Source of the DNA: a virus
IMG/VR virus record: IMGVR_UViG_3300031741_000001
Span: 17,828-81,827 of that record
Strand: one strand, 5' to 3'
DNA: 64,000 nucleotides
The translations under genes were made by a program, and so were the position numbers. Under the pieces are notes generated by a model. The model was not told the origin of the DNA and ran no database searches. It saw only the letters and a program-made list of their open reading frames with translations. Shown piece by piece: positions 35,965-46,697 of this stretch; position 1 is the stretch's first letter; every line of letters begins with the position of its first letter.

Positions 35965-38355
35965 TTACCATCCACCACCACTTGAACCTTCAGAGTCGCC
36001 GTTTAAAACTTTAACTCTATCATTAACACCTTTAGATAGGTTTATTAGATATTGAGTAAGATCGGTTAAGTCAGAAGAATCTATACTTTCTAATTCTGGT
36101 AACTCAAACATTTTATGATATCCAATGTCTTTTATTACTTTCTTAAGATTTTTAGTTTTCATTAACATCTTAACGCTAGTTAGTGTATTTTTTAACTTCT
36201 GATCGTCCACCGGAATACTATCGTTTGGATATAAAGCATCGAAAATGGTATCTAGGGTTCCTACTATTTCATTAACCTCAGTATATTTACTTTTATTAGT
36301 AGCTACATTACAAGTAGGTAGAGTCACTTTAATATTTCTAATAACGTCTTCTAGAGCTACCTCTTCCTTCTCGGTACCTTCGGGCACCTTCACATCAGCA
36401 TCATCCAGTATAGCTTTTATTTTTTCACGCAATGGAAAAGAATACTTTACATAGTTTCTAATAAATTTATTATTAATAGGAGCTACTTGTCTTTGCCTAA
36501 CTCTAATCACATTGGAGAAATGTAAATCCGTAGTTGCAATCGATCTACTATACTCGTTCTGACCCATTTCATTAATAGCTGATGGCGGAACTCCTATATG
36601 GATAATTGCCATCTTAGTTAATCTCTCTAGAAGTCCTGGCTCAGCCTGAGCAATATTAGAATTCCTATGTGTCTTCTCTACGCTTAAACTACCTTCTAAC
36701 CCTTTCATATTCTTAGGGAATACTTTTGTAGCTAAACCTATGATATTTTGAGTAGAGGTGTATGGGTTTGTGTTAAAACGTGGAGTGTTCTTCATCACAG
36801 CAATATTCTTATAGGTCTGTAATGTTTCTTCAATATTAATATTCTTTTTATTAACGTCTACTTCTATTATTGTTTCATCAACTGCATTTTTCATAGTTGT
36901 TAAAACATTAGAAATAATCAGAGTAGTTCTTAGAGCTAAAAGGAATTCTATATCTTCTAGAAGCGATTTACCTGTCCCATCGTCGTTAAACTCGAAAGCG
37001 TAATACATCATTAAAGGTTCTGGGACAAAAACTATTTTAGTTTTAATACCATGAAGCATATTATAGAAAAGACATTTGGATAACCCATCATACTGGTGTA
37101 GAGTTATTCCTTCTCCAAGATCTAAACTTCCTAATTGTTCTTTAAGTAGTTTCTTAATAGTTAAAGCAAAGACAGCTTTAGCTGCTTTCTTTTTTTCGAT
37201 ACCGCTAAAATCAGAGAATATACTTTTATTCTGATATCCGTTACCATAAAGAGCCCTATAATTATCGTTAGATAATCCACTTGGGGAATCGTTAACGCTA
37301 CCCATCATACTCGAAGAGAGAACGTTATCTAAATCGTCAGTGAGAACAAAGTAACCAATATGCTCTCTAGTTGATCCTGGAACACAAACCGGAACTGTTA
37401 AAGCTGAATCCAATTCTAATACGAATGGATGATCCCCTTCAATAACATCAGCAGTACCGTTCAATGAGAAAATCTTGCTCTCACCAAATCCTAGAACTTG
37501 AGATTCCATTTTCTTTAATAGATCTCTGGATTTATCTAAACTCTTTTTACTATCCTGTATCCTAAAAGGATTACTTACAAACGATAATGAATCGAGATTA
37601 TCTTTTATAAACTCTAATGAGCCTTGCACTAGAGCTTTAGTACATTTGGATGCTTTTTGCATAGAATCAGCATCTTCTATCTCTAAAGATTCAAAAGAGA
37701 TATCAAGTATTGCGTCCTTTTCTAAATCGTCAGAGAACTCCTTAGTGAAGCTAAGATCTTTAGAATTCGTAAAGCAATTAAAACTCTCTAATCCTACACC
37801 TTTATCGGTTAAGAGATCCAATGCTCTTATTTCCGATCTAGGGACAATCATCACTGGAGCAGCTCCTTCATCGAAAAGACTTTTATCTAACCACTCTTTA
37901 AGTTTTACTCCAAATTGAAATTCGTCATTGAAGTAGTCGTTTAAAAATGTCGATAGGGATGTGTCCAAAGTCGAGTTACCTGTATCTACTTGAACATTAA
38001 TAGCATCGGTCTGCATGTCAGTTGGTGACATTATAGAACTTACATAAATCATTTTAAGTTGTGATATTTCTGGAGAGAGATACGATAGATCTTTTAACCT
38101 CTTCTTAACGGTAGATCTTTGAGATGAGATTGTTTTAATATGAGAAACCATATTCCCTATTATCTCATGTTCATTAAATCCTTTAGTTTTATCTGAAACT
38201 GTCATCTTCTGCAATTCAGATTTACTAAATTGGGATAAAACTATTTTTGAATTCTCATTTGTTTCACTTATTACATTTTGCCCACTCAAGATTGGTGATT
38301 TTACATCAAAAATATTAAAAACTCTTAAGATACTTCTAAATAAACCTTTAGCCAT
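35965..38355 (-). CDS. portal protein (phiKZ gp129-like)
   Basis: SSIMSP, PVCVPG...HIGYFVL.D and Y.AF.F...G.GKSLLE motifs; internal GLE/SFE/SLE sites. Confidence 0.75.
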   Translation of the reverse strand: MAKGLFRSILRVFNIFDVKSPILSGQNVISETNENSKIVLSQFSKSELQKMTVSDKTKGFNEHEIIGNMVSHIKTISSQRSTVKKRLKDLSYLSPEISQLKMIYVSSIMSPTDMQTDAINVQVDTGNSTLDTSLSTFLNDYFNDEFQFGVKLKEWLDKSLFDEGAAPVMIVPRSEIRALDLLTDKGVGLESFNCFTNSKDLSFTKEFSDDLEKDAILDISFESLEIEDADSMQKASKCTKALVQGSLEFIKDNLDSLSFVSNPFRIQDSKKSLDKSRDLLKKMESQVLGFGESKIFSLNGTADVIEGDHPFVLELDSALTVPVCVPGSTREHIGYFVLTDDLDNVLSSSMMGSVNDSPSGLSNDNYRALYGNGYQNKSIFSDFSGIEKKKAAKAVFALTIKKLLKEQLGSLDLGEGITLHQYDGLSKCLFYNMLHGIKTKIVFVPEPLMMYYAFEFNDDGTGKSLLEDIEFLLALRTTLIISNVLTTMKNAVDETIIEVDVNKKNINIEETLQTYKNIAVMKNTPRFNTNPYTSTQNIIGLATKVFPKNMKGLEGSLSVEKTHRNSNIAQAEPGLLERLTKMAIIHIGVPPSAINEMGQNEYSRSIATTDLHFSNVIRVRQRQVAPINNKFIRNYVKYSFPLREKIKAILDDADVKVPEGTEKEEVALEDVIRNIKVTLPTCNVATNKSKYTEVNEIVGTLDTIFDALYPNDSIPVDDQKLKNTLTSVKMLMKTKNLKKVIKDIGYHKMFELPELESIDSSDLTDLTQYLINLSKGVNDRVKVLNGDSEGSSGGGW

Positions 38356-38370
38356 GATAATCTCCTTTTA

Positions 38371-38405
38371 TATAGAATGGTTTGCTAAAGATTGAACATT
38401 TTATA
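38371..38405. promoter_or_regulatory. divergent late-type promoters (ACCATTCTATA on minus; AACATTTTATA on plus)
   Basis: Mirrors the arrangement at 32781-32845. Confidence 0.6.
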
Positions 38406-38435
38406 TAATAAATATTTTTAACCGAAGGAAAAATA

Positions 38436-40748
38436 ATGATTACTTTTAATAATATTTTTTGTGAAAACATTACATATTTCCTTAAGACTCTATGTATCAA
38501 GAATGATTACTTCGCATCTATAATCAAACAAGAGTACATGTTAAGTAACCAGCTCGATAGTCTTGCCGATATTAACAATCCGTACTACCTTAATATATGT
38601 GGGGAATACGCTCCAGGACAATCCATGATTAAAGTAACTTCAATAGAAACTGGAGAGGTTATAGATTTCACTAAATCTAATCTAAATAGAGATGCTAAGA
38701 CCAAATTTACATATAGTGTTAATAATCCAAAATTTGATGAGCTTTTAAATAGATATCCAGGGCAAGAGCATTTAATATTATCTATAAGATATCCAGCAAT
38801 AGAAACTCAACTATTACCATATACCAAAGATACAACTATTTTAATGGAAAAACTTATAGCTAGAGAAAACTATTCCATTTTAACTTACGATTCCTCATTG
38901 TTTTTTAACAATGAGGAATTTTCAATGGTTGAACGTTTAACTCAAACTATGAAACTTATTAGAGATCGATACGACATCCCTTCGTTCACTTACGAATTCT
39001 ACTACCCCCATTTGATGTGGATAAATATATGGAGTTGTTTGTTTTTAAGCTTCGTAACTCAGAGAGTTTGTAATTTAAGAACATCTAAAACTATACCTTC
39101 TCAGATTTGGGAATTTTTAACGTCTAAAGGGCTATCCAATTATCGTAATGTTTTAACAGAAAAACAAAGTTTATTCTTATATAGAAATATAGAATATCTT
39201 CTAAAGAATAAAGGCAAGCAGGGAAATCTTTCATATCTTTATGATAAACTACTAAACGAGAGTGGGGTTGCGTTATGTTCTATAGTTGTAATGCAAAATT
39301 CTAAAGGGAGTGCTGAAGATTGCGTACCAACACCTGAAGCTATCCAAGAAATATATAATACATATTCATTTCCATCTAATAATTTAGGTCGTGGCGTAGA
39401 TACTATTGGAGAAATAATAGAAGAGGAATATAAGGTTGGATTAGAACCTATTAATTCCGCTAGCGTGATAGCTTCTCAAACCGCTTCGTTTAGTAAAAAA
39501 CCTCAAACCGCAACAATGACAAACCTTATCGATATACAAGGTAGTTTCACTAAAGATTACTATCTTAATTTAAAATTAAGATTTATTTTGGATACTACAC
39601 TATCTCTAATATCCGAAAGTGTAATAAAATACAACATAGAGGTGCAAGCGCCTGATAGCGACATTAAGGTTCTATTAACTACTGGAGATGCCGTAGCTTT
39701 AATGTATTACTGCGCTATGATACAAAACCCTCAGATAGTTCTTTTCACTACAGAAAATATCCAATCTTACATTGGAGTTAGTTTTGATTGCGACGGTGAG
39801 ACTATGACTCTAACTGTTGATAATAAGGGAAAATACCTAGGGAAATATGTCGGTATATTAGAACCGATACAGATACCTACAAGCACTTATGTCAACTACG
39901 CGTTTAAAGAAAATCTAACAGTTTCTATGATCCCCACAACGTTTAGTTTTAGAAACATAACATATGAAATGTCTAAGTTTTTAGATGCTCAAACGGTAGT
40001 TGATTATTTTAAAAACACTAAAAAGAGTTTCTCTACCCCTACTGAATTTACGGACTACCTAAACGCTTCACTTGTAAACCTAATTAAATATTATGGTGAA
40101 ATGTATTCGACAATGGATAGAGTTAGGAATAGAGCGTTTTACATAGCTCTACATAGTCTTCTAAACCCTAGGGATATAAAATTTGAACTAGTCAATAGGT
40201 TCACAACTTATAAGGCTTGGTTCACTGCATATCCAGATCTAGGTAGGATAATTTCTGGATTTAAAACTAGAGCTAATCCTGCTGAATTATACTCAGCTTT
40301 CTCCATTAAGATTCTAGAAACTTTTTTAACAAATTCCACATCCAATACTCTAGAATTCTCAACAAAAAAATATGGAAAGATTAAAGAACTACTTATTCAA
40401 CTATGTAGTTATACTATTGGATTCATTAGTAGTAAAAGTAAGAGTACCGAAAGATTTATCTTCAAAAATAAAAAAATGTTAACATTAACTAAAAGTATTC
40501 ATAAATCTCCATTTTTTATTCACCTACCATTATGGAACTTTTCATCTGGGAGTAGGAGTGATGGTAAGGTAGAGATAAATAATCTAATATCTTTTAACCC
40601 TGATCGCACAACTTCGCAATTCAATTCAACTCTAGTAATAAATTTAGATAGAAAGATAGAGATAGGTTCCGATAACGCGTCAGTAACATACATACCCAAA
40701 CAAAATAAAATAAAATATAAAGGGAAATTCTATGTCAACAATATTTGA
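38436..40748 (+). CDS. virion structural/baseplate protein (phiKZ gp128-like)
   Basis: YYLNICGEY, LT.KQ.LFLYRNI.YL..N.GKQ and QLCSY motifs. Confidence 0.7.
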   Translation: MITFNNIFCENITYFLKTLCIKNDYFASIIKQEYMLSNQLDSLADINNPYYLNICGEYAPGQSMIKVTSIETGEVIDFTKSNLNRDAKTKFTYSVNNPKFDELLNRYPGQEHLILSIRYPAIETQLLPYTKDTTILMEKLIARENYSILTYDSSLFFNNEEFSMVERLTQTMKLIRDRYDIPSFTYEFYYPHLMWINIWSCLFLSFVTQRVCNLRTSKTIPSQIWEFLTSKGLSNYRNVLTEKQSLFLYRNIEYLLKNKGKQGNLSYLYDKLLNESGVALCSIVVMQNSKGSAEDCVPTPEAIQEIYNTYSFPSNNLGRGVDTIGEIIEEEYKVGLEPINSASVIASQTASFSKKPQTATMTNLIDIQGSFTKDYYLNLKLRFILDTTLSLISESVIKYNIEVQAPDSDIKVLLTTGDAVALMYYCAMIQNPQIVLFTTENIQSYIGVSFDCDGETMTLTVDNKGKYLGKYVGILEPIQIPTSTYVNYAFKENLTVSMIPTTFSFRNITYEMSKFLDAQTVVDYFKNTKKSFSTPTEFTDYLNASLVNLIKYYGEMYSTMDRVRNRAFYIALHSLLNPRDIKFELVNRFTTYKAWFTAYPDLGRIISGFKTRANPAELYSAFSIKILETFLTNSTSNTLEFSTKKYGKIKELLIQLCSYTIGFISSKSKSTERFIFKNKKMLTLTKSIHKSPFFIHLPLWNFSSGSRSDGKVEINNLISFNPDRTTSQFNSTLVINLDRKIEIGSDNASVTYIPKQNKIKYKGKFYVNNI

Positions 40749-41562
40749 ATCAGAATATTCAGTAACGACCATAATTGGATTATTGAACGAATTTGAAAGC
40801 ATGACCGCTCTACAACAAACCGTATTATCCAAGTGTACTATTAACGCTCAACATAATGTAATACCTACAGTTATGCCAACTAAGACTCCGCAACTATTCT
40901 ACTTTGGAATAGGGATTAATGGATATTATAATGTTAATCAAGATACTCCACCGTTATCGCAGCCTTATATGCCAGCAGCTACGGATATGGATTTATATCA
41001 ACCAATACCTTTTAGAATAGTTCCGATAACTGCTGATCTCTCTCCAACCGAAAGAGCTCAATATAGAATGAGAACTATGCAGACATTTAACGGAACGCAA
41101 TACTTTTGTTACTGGCTTAAATTAATTAATTTCACAACAAAAGAAGTTGAGGTGATGCAAGTTAACCCTACTGGAGGAGAAACCCCGTACGTTTTCAATC
41201 CTAAAAATCTGAAGCCTATACCAAAAAAAAGTAGTACTGGTCAAATAGTCAATGCTTCTGGCGATACCGTGATAGTAAGTTTATCAGGGACATGTCCTAT
41301 TCTGGGTAGCGAGATAGTCGAAGTTATAAATATAATGTATGGGGATCTTCGCTTTGCTAATATAAGCGAATTAGGATTCTATACTGGTCAGGATGTAACC
41401 GCTCAAGGACCCGATGGAAAAGGTGGAGAAATTTCATATACTGAAAGTGCTTATACCCAACTTTCAAGTAAATTATGCAGTCTCCCTATTCCACTATCTA
41501 AAAGCTCTAAAACTTATATTGAGACAATAGAGTATGTGAATAGTAACGTCATTAATGTTTAA
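40732..41562 (+). CDS. virion structural protein (phiKZ gp127-like)
   Basis: YFGIG..G, PIPF, YRMR, YWLK and ISELG motifs. Confidence 0.7.
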   Translation: MSTIFESEYSVTTIIGLLNEFESMTALQQTVLSKCTINAQHNVIPTVMPTKTPQLFYFGIGINGYYNVNQDTPPLSQPYMPAATDMDLYQPIPFRIVPITADLSPTERAQYRMRTMQTFNGTQYFCYWLKLINFTTKEVEVMQVNPTGGETPYVFNPKNLKPIPKKSSTGQIVNASGDTVIVSLSGTCPILGSEIVEVINIMYGDLRFANISELGFYTGQDVTAQGPDGKGGEISYTESAYTQLSSKLCSLPIPLSKSSKTYIETIEYVNSNVINV

Positions 41563-41569
41563 TAACTTC

Positions 41570-41726
41570 AGATAGCGTTTAAATGGCATTTAAGACACCA
41601 TCAAGCGTAATTGTTATGAATGACTCATAATCATTACCATGAAGACATATCTTCAATGAGGTGTGCCAAAACGATTAGTTGAATATTAAAAATATCGGAT
41701 GCTTAAAGTTTCCATTTAAAGTCAGG
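41570..41726 (+). ncRNA. candidate structured RNA, element B
   Basis: Nested stems TTTAAATGG/CCATTTAAA, TTTAAG/CTTAAA and ACACC-TCA/TGA-GGTGT enclosing two hairpins; motifs shared with element A. Confidence 0.55.
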
Positions 41727-41768
41727 CGAACTATAAGCGAGGTTTATGCTTTTAATGCATTTTAGAAT

Positions 41769-41806
41769 ACTATCTATAGGCATCTGAAAAGATGCCTATA
41801 GATAGT
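41769..41806. terminator. terminator-like hairpin between convergent units
   Basis: 17-bp perfect stem with a GAAA loop. Confidence 0.8.
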
Positions 41807-41902
41807 TTGAGGTATTCCAGTAAGTGGCTGTTCTTACTATAGTGGTTGTCTGGTTGTTTGCATAGGAAGCTTTATACTAGCCTATGCTCTAGTCTTTAAT
41901 TA

Positions 41903-43930
41903 TTAAGTAAGCAACACGTGTCCGTTAGACGCTAATGCTGCGAATTGTTTTTTAATGATATTAGTATCCCTTGTTGTATAGAGGTTTAGTTTAAAACCAT
42001 TATTAACGTCTTTACTATCTCTTATAGTAAATAATTTATTATTAGCTTTTTCTAGATCTATAAATTTACCAGCTTCACTTAGAAGCCTAGTGAAAACTTC
42101 AGAGACCTCGTCCGGTTTAGTACTTCCTAGATCGCCTTCAGGTACGTCAATATTTGTTAGATATATTCTATTTGCTTTTACCGTGAATACAGTAAACGTT
42201 ACTGCCAATGCTTCTATAGCATCACGTGCTTCTTTATTGTTATTATTAGTAGTATTACTTTCAACTATATAGCTCCAGTAATCTCCAACTCTAAATTGTC
42301 CATTTGGAGTATATTTATTACGTAGTGCTTCTATGATAATTTTCCTATCTCTCATATTCTCGAAGTCTAAAATAGTAGAATGGTCAGTAATGAATGTTTC
42401 CACTCCAATAGAAACTATATTCCGAGTCATCTTAGTATAGTCTGCATTGTTTTTAAATCTAGCGAGTTTAGGCGCGTCGCATAAGAATAATTCTTTAATG
42501 GCACTTATCTCAGTGATACCGATAAAACCATCTTCAGTATCTAACTCACCAAAAAGACCAGAACCTAGAATATAAGAATTAACACTAGATACAAGCATCT
42601 CTTCAAATATAGCTGCTGTCTTTTTCTTCTCACCATCTAGAATAGCTTCTAGAACATTACCCATCTCTTCCGGTTTGCAACCGATAAGATGTTTTTTAGT
42701 TTTATCTATCAAAGTTTTAAATTCCTCAACTGGAACTTTCTTAACCATGAGCTCTGGGAATTCTACTATCTCTAAGGATTTCTCAGTCGCTCTATTCTGA
42801 TTATCAGAACAATCATCTAACTTCTCAACAATTTCTGACTCGAAAGACGGTCTCTTAATTTTAGAAACTTTAATCTTAAAATCCGATAGGTCAGTTTTTA
42901 CTTTTTTCTGAGATATTGATGTGTGGGCGTTTTCCCATTCCTCTAAAGGCTCAATCACCCAATTGAATATCTTGGGTATCGGTTCCGTATTAAATAAATT
43001 ATCCATTTTTCCATCCCGATTTCTCGTTTCGCGTTCTGGGTATTCTGTAAAATCTCTAGAATTGCTTTTATTTTTAAAATTAGTGGCTTTTATTTCAGCC
43101 TGAGCTTTCCTAGTGGCTTCTACACTTCTAGCATTGCGGATATTCTGTTCTGCTACAGACACATAACCGTTATCATTTCGTGTAGCACCGCAGTCATATT
43201 TAGAATGTCTTGGTTGCGGATCATCATCTTCTCTATAGGAACTTATAGTCCTAGGGGCTCTATCTATAGGTTGTTCTCTACGGAATCCGCCGCTACCATT
43301 GTCGAACCCTCTATCGTTGCCGAATCCTCTATCGTTACTATAACGGCTATCGCGACAACCATCACCACCGTTACGGTTATAATAACTATTATTGCTATAA
43401 CTATCATTTCTTTGACGATTATCAAAACTTCTAGGATCTTGATATCTGTTATCGTTATTATATCCACGATCTCTATTATTTTGATACCTATTATCGTTAT
43501 TAAATCCGCGATCTCTAGGATCTTGATATCTATTATCGTTACTGTAACTACGATCTCTATTATCTTGATACCTATTATCGTTACTGTAACTACGATCTCT
43601 AGGATCTTGATACCTATTATCGTTACTGTAACTACGATCTCTAGGATCTTGATATCTGTTATCGTTATTATAACTACGATCTCTACCGCCCTGATCTTCT
43701 ATCTGTTTAAAAAGATTCTGTAACCATACCTTTAACTCATCCTCTATCTGTGAGACAGTAGGAGAACCGTATCTAGATAACTGTCTCTCATAAAAGGCTC
43801 CAACTTCATTTTCTATAGTAGCTAGAATATTTCCGGCATCTATTGCTGTTAAATTATTACTTTTAACATTAGCAGCTAATAACGTATCCGCTTTCTGCAC
43901 GATTTGTCTTGTTCCAAAATTATCTGACAT
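41903..43930 (-). CDS. protein with an N/D/R/Y-rich low-complexity repeat region
   Basis: 675 aa; six copies of DRSYSNDNRYQDPR-like units; co-transcribed with an RNAP subunit. Confidence 0.8.
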   Translation of the reverse strand: MSDNFGTRQIVQKADTLLAANVKSNNLTAIDAGNILATIENEVGAFYERQLSRYGSPTVSQIEDELKVWLQNLFKQIEDQGGRDRSYNNDNRYQDPRDRSYSNDNRYQDPRDRSYSNDNRYQDNRDRSYSNDNRYQDPRDRGFNNDNRYQNNRDRGYNNDNRYQDPRSFDNRQRNDSYSNNSYYNRNGGDGCRDSRYSNDRGFGNDRGFDNGSGGFRREQPIDRAPRTISSYREDDDPQPRHSKYDCGATRNDNGYVSVAEQNIRNARSVEATRKAQAEIKATNFKNKSNSRDFTEYPERETRNRDGKMDNLFNTEPIPKIFNWVIEPLEEWENAHTSISQKKVKTDLSDFKIKVSKIKRPSFESEIVEKLDDCSDNQNRATEKSLEIVEFPELMVKKVPVEEFKTLIDKTKKHLIGCKPEEMGNVLEAILDGEKKKTAAIFEEMLVSSVNSYILGSGLFGELDTEDGFIGITEISAIKELFLCDAPKLARFKNNADYTKMTRNIVSIGVETFITDHSTILDFENMRDRKIIIEALRNKYTPNGQFRVGDYWSYIVESNTTNNNNKEARDAIEALAVTFTVFTVKANRIYLTNIDVPEGDLGSTKPDEVSEVFTRLLSEAGKFIDLEKANNKLFTIRDSKDVNNGFKLNLYTTRDTNIIKKQFAALASNGHVLLT
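43430..43685 (-). repeat. 42-bp in-frame tandem repeat, about six copies
   Basis: Plus-strand unit approximately GATCTCTAGGATCTTGATACCTATTATCGTTACTGTAACTAC. Confidence 0.95.
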
Positions 43931-43948
43931 TATATTTCTCCTTAAAAG

Positions 43949-45460
43949 TTATATTATTTCTAAATCTTTAGGGATTATGAAATCCCCATTTTTTGTTATT
44001 TCCAAATATGGATTAATGTTCCCTGCTTTAATAGGACTACTCGTTGATATACTTAAAACGCTTTCAACTGCCAATTGGCTAGTGTGAGATTTCAACAGCT
44101 CTATTGGAATGTTAATTTTAGCTTTTTGAGCAACTCCGTCAGCTATTGATATTTCTTCATTTTTTAACGATCTGAACTTCTTAAGGTGTATCCCTAAAAG
44201 AGTATTGTCGTTATAGAAAGATGGATTAGACCTAAACACATTAGACTTACTCATCCAATTTCCTTTTTTAGAACTTCTCCTAACAAATTTCAACATCGTT
44301 TTAGGAGACAGCCCTTCTTTACTATTCAATACATCATAGAGATTATTAAAAATACTCTCACAAATAAACCCCATTATCTGAGAAAGACTACCTAGCTTCT
44401 TATCTCTAAAATCTACAGGGTTATACTTTTTAAGATTATCATCAAAGGTATAGAATACGTTTAAAAGAAATTCTTCTAAAGTCTCAACACCCATACCTAA
44501 AGTTTTTAAATTAAAGATAGCTGACGGATCCAATAGCGTATCGTTCATCGCAATACTTTTTTTAGCATGTATGTAGTTAGACACATCCTTGATATGCGTC
44601 CCGTAAGTATATCTTCCATATACTGTCATGAAGTAACTGGGGCGTTCATCATAAACTTGAGATATTGTAAACTTCTTATAAAAATTTAAAATTGTAAAGA
44701 TAGAAAACAAAACCCTACGTTTAAAAACATCTATTGTTAGCAATGGGTTAAAAGCTAGATACATATTAGTTTTAATTTTAATATATTTAAATCTACTCTC
44801 TTGAATTGATTCACATAGAAATAAATCTTCTTTATTGATACTGTAAGTCTCTAAGGTTTTGAACCACCCAATTTTCATGAGATGGTATAAGGGCAATGGT
44901 ATTTCGTATTTACTTTTCTTCTGGTGGACTTTACCAGTTATTATCGTATCATGATACGGTTTCCCTTCAGTTGGTTGGAACGTTACTCTTTCGGTTCTAC
45001 GGAAAGAGAGCCACGCTCTCCTAACTTCAAATCTTAATTCATTCACCCCTCTATAGAATCCTCTTTCTATAATAGGGAAGATAGGGAAGTATTTAGTGTC
45101 TGACTGAATTATAGCTTTATTTACCATAAACGGTATTTCCACATGTATCGGATACACGTTACCGGAGAATTCTAAATCGTACCGCATCACATAGAAGCTA
45201 CTATATGTTGTCTGTATAGTATTTTTAAGATATTTAAAAGTCTTATAATAATTAATACTATCTTCCGGAGATAGTTTTTGTTTACCTAAATATTTAACTT
45301 TGTCTTCTCCAAGAAGAATGATACACTCTTGCAATAATGTTTCAATAAAACTAGGTATCTCTTTTATATTGTCTTCCCTGTAATCGTTTATTAGATAGTC
45401 ATTGAACGGCGGTAGATGGTTAGCGTATTCTTCTAAAATATATTTCCACGTATCATTCAT
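43949..45460 (-). CDS. non-virion RNA polymerase beta N-terminal fragment (phiKZ gp123-like)
   Basis: P.FN start, Y.G...LSPE, H.SQL..ES and INPY motifs recalled for this family. Confidence 0.65.
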   Translation of the reverse strand: MNDTWKYILEEYANHLPPFNDYLINDYREDNIKEIPSFIETLLQECIILLGEDKVKYLGKQKLSPEDSINYYKTFKYLKNTIQTTYSSFYVMRYDLEFSGNVYPIHVEIPFMVNKAIIQSDTKYFPIFPIIERGFYRGVNELRFEVRRAWLSFRRTERVTFQPTEGKPYHDTIITGKVHQKKSKYEIPLPLYHLMKIGWFKTLETYSINKEDLFLCESIQESRFKYIKIKTNMYLAFNPLLTIDVFKRRVLFSIFTILNFYKKFTISQVYDERPSYFMTVYGRYTYGTHIKDVSNYIHAKKSIAMNDTLLDPSAIFNLKTLGMGVETLEEFLLNVFYTFDDNLKKYNPVDFRDKKLGSLSQIMGFICESIFNNLYDVLNSKEGLSPKTMLKFVRRSSKKGNWMSKSNVFRSNPSFYNDNTLLGIHLKKFRSLKNEEISIADGVAQKAKINIPIELLKSHTSQLAVESVLSISTSSPIKAGNINPYLEITKNGDFIIPKDLEII

Positions 45461-45471
45461 TTAAAAACTCC

Positions 45472-46656
45472 TTAGACATGTAATACTTTTTTAAGAAAAA
45501 TATCCTTTAAAACGTCTAGGCATACTCCTAGAATATTCAAGAACGTTTTCCCCATAGTGTCTCCTATCCATTTCTTCTGCTTCTTCATATTATCGAAGTC
45601 TTTAATCTGTTGACTTCTTTTTATATCATCGAAATCCTTTTCTTTCTTATTTTTAATATCAATAATTTCTTTTTTATACTCAATAATATCCCCACTCAAT
45701 TTATCTTTTTCGACTTCATGTTTTCTTTTGAGTTCGGTTATTATTTCTACCTGTTGCTTTTTCTCCCAGAGTAATTTCTTACTTAGCTCTTTCTTATCCA
45801 ACCTAGCTTCTTCTTTTACTTTCTCCATTTGAGGTTTGGTAAAGATGTTTTCTAAATCTTTACGGTGCTCTTGTCTAGCTTTTTCTAAATCTATAAGAGT
45901 TACCCCAAACAGTATAGCTTTATTTAAAGACAAATCCATATTATGGACATGGAATTTGTTTTCAACAAATAAAGTTAAGTCTATATCTTTAACCTCTACT
46001 GGATTATTTGGAGTATTGAAAATACTACAGACGTTCTTACCTTCAAAATGAGTCACCGCCACTCTATTAACTATTCCGCATAATTCTACATGAACCGCAT
46101 TAACATCTCTAAATTCTTCACCTGTTAGATTTACACTCATCTTGATATTAGAACTTCTATCACTATCGTATAGTTCTAAAAGCTTATCCATTCTTATTTT
46201 CTCTGGACTAACATAAGTTTTAGCTCTAGGGTGGATAGGTACTCCATGTTTTTTAATAAAAACTACAATATCCAATTCAGGAATATACGCTGGAGAGTTA
46301 TCGTGAATTTCTTTAAGACTAATATTATAGACTTCGCTATCTGCAATATCATCCCCTCTGGGACAATAACTCCGTCTCTCTCGTCGGTTAAAGAAAGATT
46401 TCCTCAATACTACTCTAAGAACTTCATGCCCAAGAAAAGTCGCGCAGCCGTTACCTACTTCACCAACCTTTAGGTTTGGAGATATGTAAGTTACAATGCC
46501 TAAATTATCGACTATTCCACATTCTACACTACCCCTATTAGTATAGAACTTTTCTATATAATATCCTGACTCATGTCCATAAACTGTACTAACTAAATTA
46601 GTGTCCGGACTTATACTCATTGTGTATAGGTCGTTAATTATTTCTTTTCTTTTCAT
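45472..46656 (-). CDS. conserved jumbo-phage protein with a C-terminal coiled coil
   Basis: YIPELDIV...IHP motif; first gene after the early promoter at 46698. Confidence 0.6.
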   Translation of the reverse strand: MKRKEIINDLYTMSISPDTNLVSTVYGHESGYYIEKFYTNRGSVECGIVDNLGIVTYISPNLKVGEVGNGCATFLGHEVLRVVLRKSFFNRRERRSYCPRGDDIADSEVYNISLKEIHDNSPAYIPELDIVVFIKKHGVPIHPRAKTYVSPEKIRMDKLLELYDSDRSSNIKMSVNLTGEEFRDVNAVHVELCGIVNRVAVTHFEGKNVCSIFNTPNNPVEVKDIDLTLFVENKFHVHNMDLSLNKAILFGVTLIDLEKARQEHRKDLENIFTKPQMEKVKEEARLDKKELSKKLLWEKKQQVEIITELKRKHEVEKDKLSGDIIEYKKEIIDIKNKKEKDFDDIKRSQQIKDFDNMKKQKKWIGDTMGKTFLNILGVCLDVLKDIFLKKVLHV

Positions 46657-46697
46657 TAAGACGTTATCCTTTTTGGAATTTTATATTATTTATCAAA

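Noticed and set aside
43430-43685. 42-bp repeats as a CRISPR array
   Set aside because: Repeats are contiguous with no unique spacers, are a multiple of three and lie in frame within a CDS; no cas genes in the window
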